This document shows positions 24,501 through 39,500 of a stretch of DNA of 64,000 bases, piece by piece. The stretch is from the NCBI GenBank assembly GCA_964057225.1, contig OZ059895.1, positions 19,902,001 to 19,966,000 on the forward strand, given 5' to 3'. Every line of letters starts with the position of its first letter. Position 1 is the first letter of the stretch. The stretch comes from Auanema rhodensis. Lineage: Eukaryota > Animalia > Nematoda. The position numbers were made by a program, and so were the translations under genes. The notes below the pieces were generated by a model. It saw only the letters and a program-made list of their open reading frames with translations, was not told where the DNA came from and made no database searches.

Positions 24501-27500
24501 TAAGCTTTTCTCAATGTAGTATAGTGCATTCGATGCGGATTTTTAAGCTGCGTCGATCTGTGTTATCAGATTTGCGCTAGCTTGAAAATGCACCGAGATA
24601 TCAACTGATATAAGTTCACACTTACATCCTCGATTTTCACCCTGAAGAATTAATTTTTTCGTTGAATAACATTGTCCATCGTCTTTGCCTTGAAAGAAAG
24701 AATCTGAAAACATCTACTTTTTGCTAATATATTTTGAAATTTTTGAAAAAACTTTTGTCAAAATGTTTTTGGAAGCAATGTTGAGTGTACATGGAAACTC
24801 AACATACACTAATGCATCATTTTTCAAACGATCATAACTAATTTTTGTATTGAGCGTTTCTCAATGTAGTATAGTGCATTCGATGCGGATTTTTAAGCTG
24901 CGTCGATCTGTGTTATCAGATTTGCGCTAGCTTGAAAATGCACCGAGATATCAACTGATATAAGTTAACACTTATATCCTCGATTTTCACCCTGAAGAAT
25001 TAATTTTTTTGTTGAATAACATTGTCCATCGTCTTTGCCTTGAAAGAAAGAATCTGAAAACATCTACTTTTTGCTAAATTATTTTGAAATTTTTCGAAAA
25101 AATTTTTGTCAAAATGTTTTTGGAAGCAATGTTGAGTGTACATGGAAACTCAACATACACTAATGCATCATTTTTCAAACGATCATAACTAATTTTTGTA
25201 TTGAGCGTTTCTCAATGCAGTATAGTGCATTCGATGCGGATTTTTAAGCTGCGTCGATCTGTGTTATCAGATTTGCGCTAGCTTAAAAATGCACCGAGAT
25301 ATCAACTGATATATGTTCACACTTAGATCCTCGATTTTCACCCTGAAGAATTAATTTTTTCGTTGAATAACAATGTCCATCGTCTTTGCCTTGAAAGAAA
25401 GAATCTGAAAACGTCTACTTTTTGCTAAATTATTTTGAAATTTTTCGAAAAAATTTTTGTCAAAATGTTTTTGGAAGCAATGTTGAGTGTACATGGAAAC
25501 TCAACATACACTAATGCATCATTTTTCAAACGATCATAACTAATTTTTGTATTAAGCTTTTCTCAATGTAGTGTAGTGCATTCGATACGGATTTTTGAGC
25601 TGCGTCGATCTGTGTTATCAGATTTGCGCTAGCTTGAAAATGCACCGAGATATCAACTGATATAAGTTCACACTTACATCCTCGATTTTCACCCTGAAGA
25701 ATTAATTTTTTCGTTGAATAACATTGTCCATCGTCTTTGCCTTGAAAGAAAGAATCTGAAAACATCTACTTTTTGCTAATATATTTTGAAATTTTTGAAA
25801 AAATTTTCGTCAAAATGTTTTTGGAAGCAATGTTGAGTGTACATGGAAACTCAACATACACTAATGCATCATTTTTCAAACGATCATAACTAATTTTTGT
25901 ATTGAGCGTTTCTCAATGTAGTATAGTGCATTCGATGCGGATTTTTAAGCTGCGTCGATCTGTGTTATCAGATTTGCGCTAGCTTAAAAATGCACCGAGA
26001 TATCAACTGATATAAGTTAACACTTATATCCTCGATTTTCACCCTGAAGAATTAATTTTTTTGTTGAATAACATTGTCCATCGTCTTTGCCTTGAAAGAA
26101 AGAATCTGAAAACATCTACTTTTTGCTAAATTATTTTGAAATTTTTCGAAAAAATTTTTGTCAAAATGTTTTTGGAAGCAATGTTGAGTGTACATGGAAA
26201 CTCAACATACACTAATGCATCATTTTTCAAACGATCATAACTAATTTTTGTATTGAGCGTTTCTCAATGCAGTATAGTGCATTCGATGCGGATTTTTAAG
26301 CTGCGTCGATCTGTGTTATCAGATTTGCGCTAGCTTAAAAATGCACCGAGATATCAACTGATATATGTTCACACTTAGATCCTCGATTTTCACCCTGAAG
26401 AATTAATTTTTTCGTTGAATAACAATGTCCATCGTCTTTGCCTTGAAAGAAAGAATCTGAAAACGTCTACTTTTTGCTAAATTATTTTGAAATTTTTCGA
26501 AAAAATTTTTGTCAAAATGTTTTTGGAAGCAATGTTGAGTGTACATGGAAACTCAACATACACTAATGCATCATTTTTCAAACGATCATAACTAATTTTT
26601 GTATTAAGCTTTTCTCAATGTAGTGTAGTGCATTCGATACGGATTTTTGAGCTGCGTCGATCTGTGTTATCAGATTTGCGCTAGCTTGAAAATGCACCGA
26701 GATATCAACTGATATAAGTTCACACTTACATCCTCGATTTTCACCCTGAAGAATTAATTTTTTCGTTGAATAACATTGTCCATCGTCTTTGCCTTGAAAG
26801 AAAGAATCTGAAAACATCTACTTTTTGCTAATATATTTTGAAATTTTTGAAAAAATTTTCGTCAAAATGTTTTTGGAAGCAATGTTGAGTGTACATGGAA
26901 ACTCAACATACACTAATGCATCATTTTTCAAACGATCATAACTAATTTTTGTATTGAGCGTTTCTCAATGTAGTATAGTGCATTCGATGCGGATTTTTAA
27001 GCTGCGTCGATCTGTGTTATCAGATTTGCGCTAGCTTAAAAATGCACCGAGATATCAACTGATATATGTTCACACTTAGATCCTCGATTTTCACCCTGAA
27101 GAATTAATTTTTTCGTTGAATAACAATGTCCATCGTCTTTGCCTTGAAAGAAAGAATCTGAAAACGTCTACTTTTTGCTAAATTATTTTGAAATTTTTCG
27201 AAAAAATTTTTGTCAAAATGTTTTTGGAAGCAATGTTGAGTGTACATGGAAACTCAACATACACTAATGCATCATTTTTCAAACGATCATAACTAATTTT
27301 TGTATTAAGCTTTTCTCAATGTAGTGTAGTGCATTCGATACGGATTTTTGAGCTGCGTCGATCTGTGTTATCAGATTTGCGCTAGCTTGAAAATGCACCG
27401 AGATATCAACTGATATAAGTTCACACTTACATCCTCGATTTTCACCCTGAAGAATTAATTTTTTCGTTGAATAACATTGTCCATCGTCTTTGCCTTGAAA

Positions 27501-30500
27501 GAAAGAATCTGAAAACATCTACTTTTTGCTAATATATTTTGAAATTTTTGAAAAAATTTTCGTCAAAATGTTTTTGGAAGCAATGTTGAGTGTACATGGA
27601 AACTCAACATACACTAATGCATCATTTTTCAAACGATCATAACTAATTTTTGTATTGAGCGTTTCTCAATGTAGTATAGTGCATTCGATGCGGATTTTTA
27701 AGCTGCGTCGATCTGTGTTATCAGATTTGCGCTAGCTTAAAAATGCACCGAGATATCAACTGATATAAGTTAACACTTATATCCTCGATTTTCACCCTGA
27801 AGAATTAATTTTTTTGTTGAATAACATTGTCCATCGTCTTTGCCTTGAAAGAAAGAATCTGAAAACATCTACTTTTTGCTAAATTATTTTGAAATTTTTC
27901 GAAAAAATTTTTGTCAAAATGTTTTTGGAAGCAATGTTGAGTGTACATGGAAACTCAACATACACTAATGCATCATTTTTCAAACGATCATAACTAATTT
28001 TTGTATTGAGCGTTTCTCAATGCAGTATAGTGCATTCGATGCGGATTTTTAAGCTGCGTCGATCTGTGTTATCAGATTTGCGCTAGCTTAAAAATGCACC
28101 GAGATATCAACTGATATATGTTCACACTTAGATCCTCGATTTTCACCCTGAAGAATTAATTTTTTCGTTGAATAACAATGTCCATCGTCTTTGCCTTGAA
28201 AGAAAGAATCTGAAAACGTCTACTTTTTGCTAAATTATTTTGAAATTTTTCGAAAAAATTTTTGTCAAAATGTTTTTGGAAGCAATGTTGAGTGTACATG
28301 GAAACTCAACATACACTAATGCATCATTTTTCAAACGATCATAACTAATTTTTGTATTAAGCTTTTCTCAATGTAGTGTAGTGCATTCGATACGGATTTT
28401 TGAGCTGCGTCGATCTGTGTTATCAGATTTGCGCTAGCTTGAAAATGCACCGAGATATCAACTGATATAAGTTCACACTTACATCCTCGATTTTCACCCT
28501 GAAGAATTAATTTTTTCGTTGAATAACATTGTCCATCGTCTTTGCCTTGAAAGAAAGAATCTGAAAACATCTACTTTTTGCTAATATATTTTGAAATTTT
28601 TGAAAAAATTTTCGTCAAAATGTTTTTGGAAGCAATGTTGAGTGTACATGGAAACTCAACATACACTAATGCATCATTTTTCAAACGATCATAACTAATT
28701 TTTGTATTGAGCGTTTCTCAATGTAGTATAGTGCATTCGATGCGGATTTTTAAGCTGCGTCGATCTGTGTTATCAGATTTGCGCTAGCTTAAAAATGCAC
28801 CGAGATATCAACTGATATAAGTTAACACTTATATCCTCGATTTTCACCCTGAAGAATTAATTTTTTTGTTGAATAACATTGTCCATCGTCTTTGCCTTGA
28901 AAGAAAGAATCTGAAAACATCTACTTTTTGCTAAATTATTTTGAAATTTTTCGAAAAAATTTTTGTCAAAATGTTTTTGGAAGCAATGTTGAGTGTACAT
29001 GGAAACTCAACATACACTAATGCATCATTTTTCAAACGATCATAACTAATTTTTGTATTGAGCGTTTCTCAATGTAGTATAGTGCATTCGATGCGGATTT
29101 TTAAGCTGCGTCGATCTGTGTTATCAGATTTGCGCTAGCTTAAAAATGCACCGAGATATCAACTGATATAAGTTAACACTTATATCCTCGATTTTCACCC
29201 TGAAGAATTAATTTTTTTGTTGAATAACATTGTCCATCGTCTTTGCCTCGAAAGAAAGAATCTGAAAACATCTACTTTTTGCTAAATTATTTTGAAATTT
29301 TTCGAAAAAATTTTTGTCAAAATGTTTTTGGAAGCAATGTTGAGTGTACATGGAAACTCAACATACACTAATGCATCATTTTTCAAACGATCATAACTAA
29401 TTTTTGTATTGAGCGTTTCTCAATGTAGTATAGTGCATTCGATGCGGATTTTTAAGCTGCGTCGATCTGTGTTATCAGATTTGCGCTAGCTTAAAAATGC
29501 ACCGAGATATCAACTGATATATGTTCACACTTAGATCCTCGATTTTCACCCTGAAGAATTAATTTTTTCGTTGAATAACAATGTCCATCGTCTTTGCCTT
29601 GAAAGAAAGAATCTGAAAACATCTACTTTTTGCTAAATTATTTTGAAATTTTTCGAAAAAATTTTTGTCAAAATGTTTTTGGAAGCAATGTTGAGTGTAC
29701 ATGGAAACTCAACATACACTAATGCATCATTTTGCAAACGATCATAACTAATTTCTGTATTGAGCGTTTCTCAATGTAGTATAGTGCAATCGATGCGGAT
29801 TTTTAAGCTGCGTCGATCTGTGTTATCAGATTTGCGCTAGCTTAAAAATGCACCGAGATATCAACTGATATAAGTTCACACTTATATCCTCGATTTTCAC
29901 CCTGAAGAATTAATTTTTTCGTTGAATAGCATTGTCCATCGTTTTTGCCTTGAAAAAAGGAATCTAAAAACATCTACTTTTTGCAAAATTATTTTGAAAT
30001 TTTTCGAAAAAATTTTTGTCAAAATGTTTTTGGAAGCAATGTTGAGTGTACATGGAAACTCAACATACACTAATGCATCATTTTTCAAACGATCATAACT
30101 AATTTTTGTATTAAGCTTTTCTCAATGTAGTGTAGTGCATTCGATACGGATTTTTGAGCTGCGTCGATCTGTGTTATCAGATTTGCGCTAGCTTGAAAAT
30201 GCACCGAGATATCAACTGATATATGTTCACACTTAGATCCTCGATTTTCACCCTGAAGAATTAATTTTTTCGTTGAATAACAATGTCCATCGTCTTTGCC
30301 TTGAAAGAAAGAATCTGAAAACATCTACTTTTTGCTAAATTATTTTGAAATTTTTCGAAAAAATTTTTGTCAAAATGTTTTTGGAAGCAATGTTGAGTGT
30401 ACATGGAAACTCAACATACACTAATGCATCATTTTGCAAACGATCATAACTAATTTCTGTATTGAGCGTTTCTCAATGTAGTATAGTGCAATCGATGCGG

Positions 30501-33500
30501 ATTTTTAAGCTGCGTCGATCTGTGTTATCAGATTTGCGCTAGCTTAAAAATGCACCGAGATATCAACTGATATAAGTTCACACTTATATCCTCGATTTTC
30601 ACCCTGAAGAATTAATTTTTTCGTTGAATAGCATTGTCCATCGTTTTTGCCTTGAAAAAAGGAATCTAAAAACATCTACTTTTTGCAAAATTATTTTGAA
30701 ATTTTTCGAAAAAATTTTTGTCAAAATGTTTTTGGAAGCAATGTTGAGTGTACATGGAAACTCAACATACACTAATGCATCATTTTTCAAACGATCATAA
30801 CTAATTTTTGTATTAAGCTTTTCTCAATGTAGTGTAGTGCATTCGATACGGATTTTTGAGCTGCGTCGATCTGTGTTATCAGATTTGCGCTAGCTGGAAA
30901 ATGCACCGAGATATCAACTGATATAAGTTCACACTTACATCCTCGATTTTCACCCTGAAGAATTAATTTTTTCGTTGAATAACATTGTCCATCGTCTTTG
31001 CCTTGAAAGAAAGAATCTGAAAACATCTACTTTTTGCTAATATATTTTGAAATTTTTGAAAAAATTTTCGTCAAAATGTTTTTGGAAGCAATGTTGAGTG
31101 TACATGGAAACTCAACATACACTAATGCATCATTTTTCAAACGATCATAACTAATTTTTGTATTGAGCGTTTCTCAATGTAGTATAGTGCATTCGATGCG
31201 GATTTTTAAGCTGCGTCGATCTGTGTTATCAGATTTGCGCTAGCTTAAAAATGCACCGAGATATCAACTGATATAAGTTAACACTTATATCCTCGATTTT
31301 CACCCTGAAGAATTAATTTTTTTGTTGAATAACATTGTCCATCGTCTTTGCCTTGAAAGAAAGAATCTGAAAACATCTACTTTTTGCTAAATTATTTTGA
31401 AATTTTTCGAAAAAATTTTTGTCAAAATGTTTTTGGAAGCAATGTTGAGTGTACATGGAAACTCAACATACACTAATGCATCATTTTTCAAACGATCATA
31501 ACTAATTTCTGTATTGAGCGTTTCTCAATGTAGTATAGTGCATTCGATGCGGATTTTTAAGCTGCGTCGATCTGTGTTATCAGATTTGCGCTAGCTTAAA
31601 AATGCACCGAGATATCAACTGATATAAGTTCACACTTATATCCTCGATTTTCACCCTGAAGAATTAATTTTTTCGTTGAATAACATTGTTCATCGTTTTT
31701 GCCTTGAAAAAAGGAATCTAAAAACATCTACTTTTTGCAAAATTATTTTGAAATTTTTCGAAAAAATTTTTGTGAAAATGTTTTTGGAAGCAATGTTGAG
31801 TGTACATGGAAACTCAACATACACTAATGCATCATTTTTCAAACGATCATAACTAATTTTTGTATTAAGCTTTTCTCAATGTAGTATAGTGCATTCGATG
31901 CGGATTTTTAAGCTGCGTCGATCTGTGTTATCAGATTTGCGCTAGCTTGAAAATGCACCGAGATATCAACTGATATAAGTTCACACTTACATCCTCGATT
32001 TTCACCCTGAAGAATTAATTTTTTCGTTGAATAACATTGTCCATCGTCTTTGCCTTGAAAGAAAGAATCTGAAAACATCTACTTTTTGCTAATATATTTT
32101 GAAATTTTTGAAAAAACTTTTGTCAAAATGTTTTTGGAAGCAATGTTGAGTGTACATGGAAACTCAACATACACTAATGCATCATTTTTCAAACGATCAT
32201 AACTAATTTTTGTATTGAGCGTTTCTCAATGTAGTATAGTGCAATCGATGCGGATTTTTAAGCTGCGTCGATCTGTGTTATCAGATTTGCGCTAGCTTAA
32301 AAATGCACCGAGATATCAACTGATATAAGTTCACACTTATATCCTCGATTTTCACCCTGAAGAATTAATTTTTTCGTTGAATAACATTGTCCATCGTTTT
32401 TGCCTTGAAAAAAGGAATCTAAAAACATCTACTTTTTGCAAAATTATTTTGAAATTTTTCGAAAAAATTTTTGTCAAAATGTTTTTGGAAGCAATGTTGA
32501 GTGTACATGGAAACTCAACATACACTAATGCATCATTTTTCAAACGATCATAACTAATTTTTGTATTTAGCTTTTCTCAATGTAGTGTAGTGCATTCGAT
32601 GCGGATTTTTGAGCTGCGTCGATCTGTGTTATCAGATTTGCGCTAGCTTGAAAATGCACCGAGATATCAACTGATATAAGTTCACACTTACATCCTCGAT
32701 TTTCACCCTGAAGAATTAATTTTTTCGTTGAATAACATTGTCCATCGTCTTTGCCTTGAAAGAAAGAATCTGAAAACATCTACTTTTTGCTAATATATTT
32801 TGAAATTTTTGAAAAAATTTTCGTCAAAATGTTTTTGGAAGCAATGTTGAGTGTACATGGAAACTCAACATACACTAATGCATCATTTTTCAAACGATCA
32901 TAACTAATTTTTGTATTGAGCGTTTCTCAATGTAGTACAGTGCATTCGATGCGGATTTTTAAGCTGCGTCGATCTGTGTTATCAGATTTGCGCTAGCTTA
33001 AAAATGCACCGAGATATCAACTGATATAAGTTAACACTTATATCCTCGATTTTCACCCTGAAGAATTAATTTTTTTGTTGAATAACATTGTCCATCGTCT
33101 TTGCCTTGAAAGAAAGAATCTGAAAACATCTACTTTTTGCTAAATTATTTTGAAATTTTTCGAAAAAATTTTTGTCAAAATGTTTTTGGAAGCAATGTTG
33201 AGTGTACATGGAAACTCAACATACACTAATGCATCATTTTTCAAACGATCATAACTAATTTTTGTATTGAGCGTTTCTCAATGTAGTATAGTGCATTCGA
33301 TGCGGATTTTTAAGCTGCGTCGATCTGTGTTATCAGATTTGCGCTAGCTTAAAAATGCACCGAGATATCAACTGATATATGTTCACACTTAGATCCTCGA
33401 TTTTCACCCTGAAGAATTAATTTTTTCGTTGAATAACAATGTCCATCGTCTTTGCCTTGAAAGAAAGAATCAGAAAACATCTACTTTTTGCTAAATTATT

Positions 33501-36500
33501 TTGAAATTTTTCGAAAAAATTTTTGTCAAAATGTTTTTGGAAGCAATGTTGAGTGTACATGGAAACTCAACATACACTAATGCATCATTTTGCAAACGAT
33601 CATAACTAATTTCTGTATTGAGCGTTTCTCAATGTAGTATAGTGCATTCGATGCGGATTTTTAAGCTGCGTCGATCTGTGTTATCAGATTTGCGCTAGCT
33701 TAAAAATGCACCGAGATATCAACTGATATAAGTTCACACTTATATCCTCGATTTTCACCCTGAAGAATTAATTTTTTCGTTGAATAACATTGTCCATCGT
33801 TTTTGCCTTGAAAAAAGGAATCTAAAAACATCTACTTTTTGCAAAATTATTTTGAAATTTTTCGAAAAAATTTTTGTCAAAATGTTTTTGGAAGCAATGT
33901 TGAGTGTACATGGAAACTCAACATACACTAATGCATCATTTTTCAAACGATCATAACTAATTTTTGTATTAAGCTTTTCTCAATGTAGTGTAGTGCATTC
34001 GATGCGGATTTTTGAGCTGCGTCGATCTGTGTTATCAGATTTGCGCTAGCTTGAAAATGCACCGAGATATCAACTGATATAAGTTCACACTTACATCCTC
34101 GATTTTCACCCTGAAGAATTAATTTTTTCGTTGAATAACATTGTCCATCGTCTTTGCCTTGAAAGAAAGAATCTGAAAACATCTACTTTTTGCTAATATA
34201 TTTTGAAATTTTTGAAAAAATTTTCGTCAAAATGTTTTTGGAAGCAATGTTGAGTGTACATGGAAACTCAACATACACTAATGCATCATTTTTCAAACGA
34301 TCATAACTAATTTTTGTATTAAGCTTTTCTCAATGTAGTGTAGTGCATTCGATGCGGATTTTTAAGCTGCGTCGATCTGTGTTATCAGATTTGCGCTAGC
34401 TTAAAAATGCACCGAGATATCAACTGATATAAGTTAACACTTATATCCTCGATTTTCACCCTGAAGAATTAATTTTTTCGTTGAATAACAATGTCCATCG
34501 TCTTTGCCTTGAAAGAAAGAATCTGAAAACATCTACTTTTTGCTAAATTATTTTGAAATTTTTCGAAAAAATTTTTGTCAAAATGTTTTTGGAAGCAATG
34601 TTGAGTGTACATGGAAACTCAACATACACTAATGCATCATTTTTCAAACGATCATAACTAATTTTTGTATTGAGTGTTTCTCAATGTAGTATAGTGCATT
34701 CGATGCGGATTTTTAAGCTGCGTCGATCTGTGTTATCAGATTTGCGCTAGCTTAAAAATGCACCGAGATATCAACTGATATATGTTCACACTTAGATCCT
34801 CGATTTTCACCCTGAAGAATTAATTTTTTCGTTGAATAACAATGTCCATCGTCTTTGCCTTGAAAGAAAGAATCAGAAAACATCTACTTTTTGCTAAATT
34901 ATTTTGAAATTTTTCGAAAAAATTTTTGTCAAAATGTTTTTGGAAGCAATGTTGAGTGTACATGGAAACTCAACATACACTAATGCATCATTTTGCAAAC
35001 GATCATAACTAATTTCTGTATTGAGCGTTTCTCAATGTAGTATAGTGCATTCGATGCGGATTTTTATGCTGCGTCGATCTGTGTTATCAGATTTGCGCTA
35101 GCTTAAAAATGCACCGAGATATCAACTGATATAAGTTCACACTTATATCCTCGATTTTCACCCTGAAGAATTAATTTTTTCGTTGAATAACATTGTCCAT
35201 CGTTTTTGCCTTGAAAAAAGGAATCTAAAAACATCTACTTTTTGCAAAATTATTTTGAAATTTTTCGAAAAAATTTTTGTCAAAATGTTTTTGGAAGCAA
35301 TGTTGAGTGTATATGGAAACTCAACATACACTAATGCATCATTTTTCAAACGATCATAACTAATTTTTGTATTAAGCTTTTCTCAATGTAGTGTAGTGCA
35401 TTCGATGCGGATTTTTGAGCTGCGTCGATCTGTGTTATCAGATTTGCGCTAGCTTGAAAATGCACCGAGATATCAACTGATATAAGTTCACACTTACATC
35501 CTCGATTTTCACCCTGAAGAATTAATTTTTTCGTTGAATAACATTGTCCATCGTCTTTGCCTTGAAAGAAAGAATCTGAAAACATCTACTTTTTGCTAAT
35601 ATATTTTGAAATTTTTGAAAAAATTTTCGTCAAAATGTTTTTGGAAGCAATGTTGAGTGTACATGGAAACTCAACATACACTAATGCATCATTTTTCAAA
35701 CGATCATAACTAATTTTTGTATTAAGCTTTTCTCAATGTAGTGTAGTGCATTCGATGCGGATTTTTAAGCTGCGTCGATCTGTGTTATCAGATTTGCGCT
35801 AGCTTAAAAATGCACCGAGATATCAACTGATATAAGTTAACACTTATATCCTCGATTTTCACCCTGAAGAATTAATTTTTTCGTTGAATAACAATGTCCA
35901 TCGTCTTTGCCTTGAAAGAAAGAATCTGAAAACATCTACTTTTTGCTAAATTATTTTGAAATTTTTCGAAAAAATTTTTGTCAAAATGTTTTTGGAAGCA
36001 ATGTTGAGTGTACATGGAAACTCAACATACACTAATGCATCATTTTTCAAACGATCATAACTAATTTCTGTATTGAGCGTTTCTCAATGTAGTATAGTGC
36101 ATTCGATGCGGATTTTTAAGCTGCGTCGATCTGTGTTATCAGATTTGCGCTAGCTTAAAAATGCACCGAGATATCAACTGATATAAGTTCACACTTATAT
36201 CCTCGATTTTCACCCTGAAGAATTAATTTTTTCGTTGAATAACATTGTTCATCGTTTTTGCCTTGAAAAAAGGAATCTAAAAACATCTACTTTTTGCAAA
36301 ATTATATTGAAATTTTTCGAAAAAATTTTTGTGAAAATGTTTTTGGAAGCAATGTTGAGTGTACATGGAAACTCAACATACACTAATGCATCATTTTTCA
36401 AACGATCATAACTAATTTTTGTATTAAGCTTTTCTCAATGTAGTATAGTGCATTCGATGCGGATTTTTAAGCTGCGTCGATCTGTGTTATCAGATTTGCG

Positions 36501-39500
36501 CTAGCTTGAAAATGCACCGAGATATCAACTGATATAAGTTCACACTTACATCCTCGATTTTCACCCTGAAGAATTAATTTTTTCGTTGAATAACATTGTC
36601 CATCGTCTTTGCCTTGAAAGAAAGAATCTGAAAACATCTACTTTTTGCTAATATATTTTGAAATTTTTGAAAAAACTTTTGTCAAAATGTTTTTGGAAGC
36701 AATGTTGAGTGTACATGGAAACTCAACATACACTAATGCATCATTTTTCAAACGATCATAACTAATTTTTGTATTGAGCGTTTCTCAATGTAGTATAGTG
36801 CATTCGATGCGGATTTTTAAGCTGCGTCGATCTGTGTTATCAGATTTGCGCTAGCTTAAAAATGCACCGAGATATCAACTGATATAAGTTAACACTTATA
36901 TCCTCGATTTTCACCCTGAAGAATTAATTTTTTTGTTGAATAACATTGTCCATCGTCTTTGCCTTGAAAGAAAGAATCTGAAAACATCTACTTTTTGCTA
37001 AATTATTTTGAAATTTTTCGAAAAAATTTTTGTCAAAATGTTTTTGGAAGCAATGTTGAGTGTACATGGAAACTCAACATACACTAATGCATCATTTTTC
37101 AAACGATCATAACTAATTTTTGTATTGAGCGTTTCTCAATGTAGTATAGTGCATTCGATGCGGATTTTTAAGCTGCGTCGATCTGTGTTATCAGATTTGC
37201 GCTAGCTTAAAAATGCACCGAGATATCAACTGATATATGTTCACACTTAGATCCTCGATTTTCACCCTGAAGAATTAATTTTTTCGTTGAATAACAATGT
37301 CCATCGTCTTTGCCTTGAAAGAAAGAATCTGAAAACGTCTACTTTTTGCTAAATTATTTTGAAATTTTTCGAAAAAATTTTTGTCAAAATGTTTTTGGAA
37401 GCAATGTTGAGTGTACATGGAAACTCAACATACACTAATGCATCATTTTGCAAACGATCATAACTAATTTCTGTATTGAGCGTTTCTCAATGTAGTATAG
37501 TGCAATCGATGCGGATTTTTAAGCTGCGTCGATCTGTGTTATCAGATTTGCGCTAGCTTAAAAATGCACCGAGATATCAACTGATATAAGTTCACACTTA
37601 TATCCTCGATTTTCACCCTGAAGAATTAATTTTTTCGTTGAATAACATTGTCCATCGTTTTTGCCTTGAAAAAAGGAATCTAAAAACATCTACTTTTTGC
37701 AAAATTATTTTGAAATTTTTCGAAAAAATTTTTGTCAAAATGTTTTTGGAAGCAATGTTGAGTGTACATGGAAACTCAACATACACTAATGCATCATTTT
37801 TCAAACGATCATAACTAATTTTTGTATTTAGCTTTTCTCAATGTAGTGTAGTGCATTCGATGCGGATTTTTGAGCTGCGTCGATCTGTGTTATCAGATTT
37901 GCGCTAGCTTGAAAATGCACCGAGATATCAACTGATATAAGTTCACACTTACATCCTCGATTTTCACCCTGAAGAATTAATTTTTTCGTTGAATAACATT
38001 GTCCATCGTCTTTGCCTTGAAAGAAAGAATCTGAAAACATCTACTTTTTGCTAATATATTTTGAAATTTTTGAAAAAATTTTCGTCAAAATGTTTTTGGA
38101 AGCAATGTTGAGTGTACATGGAAACTCAACATACACTAATGCATCATTTTTCAAACGATCATAACTAATTTTTGTATTGAGCGTTTCTCAATGTAGTACA
38201 GTGCATTCGATGCGGATTTTTAAGCTGCGTCGATCTGTGTTATCAGATTTGCGCTAGCTTAAAAATGCACCGAGATATCAACTGATATAAGTTAACACTT
38301 ATATCCTCGATTTTCACCCTGAAGAATTAATTTTTTTGTTGAATAACATTGTCCATCGTCTTTGCCTTGAAAGAAAGAATCTGAAAACATCTACTTTTTG
38401 CTAAATTATTTTGAAATTTTTCGAAAAAATTTTTGTCAAAATGTTTTTGGAAGCAATGTTGAGTGTACATGGAAACTCAACATACACTAATGCATCATTT
38501 TTCAAACGATCATAACTAATTTTTGTATTGAGTGTTTCTCAATGTAGTATAGTGCATTCGATGCGGATTTTTAAGCTGCGTCGATCTGTGTTATCAGATT
38601 TGCGCTAGCTTAAAAATGCACCGAGATATCAACTGATATATGTTCACACTTAGATCCTCGATTTTCACCCTGAAGAATTAATTTTTTCGTTGAATAACAA
38701 TGTCCATCGTCTTTGCCTTGAAAGAAAGAATCAGAAAACATCTACTTTTTGCTAAATTATTTTGAAATTTTTCGAAAAAATTTTTGTCAAAATGTTTTTG
38801 GAAGCAATGTTGAGTGTACATGGAAACTCAACATACACTAATGCATCATTTTGCAAACGATCATAACTAATTTCTGTATTGAGCGTTTCTCAATGTAGTA
38901 TAGTGCATTCGATGCGGATTTTTAAGCTGCGTCGATCTGTGTTATCAGATTTGCGCTAGCTTAAAAATGCACCGAGATATCAACTGATATAAGTTCACAC
39001 TTATATCCTCGATTTTCACCCTGAAGAATTAATTTTTTCGTTGAATAACATTGTCCATCGTTTTTGCCTTGAAAAAAGGAATCTAAAAACATCTACTTTT
39101 TGCAAAATTATTTTGAAATTTTTCGAAAAAATTTTTGTCAAAATGTTTTTGGAAGCAATGTTGAGTGTACATGGAAACTCAACATACACTAATGCATCAT
39201 TTTTCAAACGATCATAACTAATTTTTGTATTAAGCTTTTCTCAATGTAGTGTAGTGCATTCGATGCGGATTTTTGAGCTGCGTCGATCTGTGTTATCAGA
39301 TTTGCGCTAGCTTGAAAATGCACCGAGATATCAACTGATATAAGTTCACACTTACATCCTCGATTTTCACCCTGAAGAATTAATTTTTTCGTTGAATAAC
39401 ATTGTCCATCGTCTTTGCCTTGAAAGAAAGAATCTGAAAACATCTACTTTTTGCAAAATTATTTTGAAATTTTTCGAAAAAATTTTTGTGAAAATGTTTT

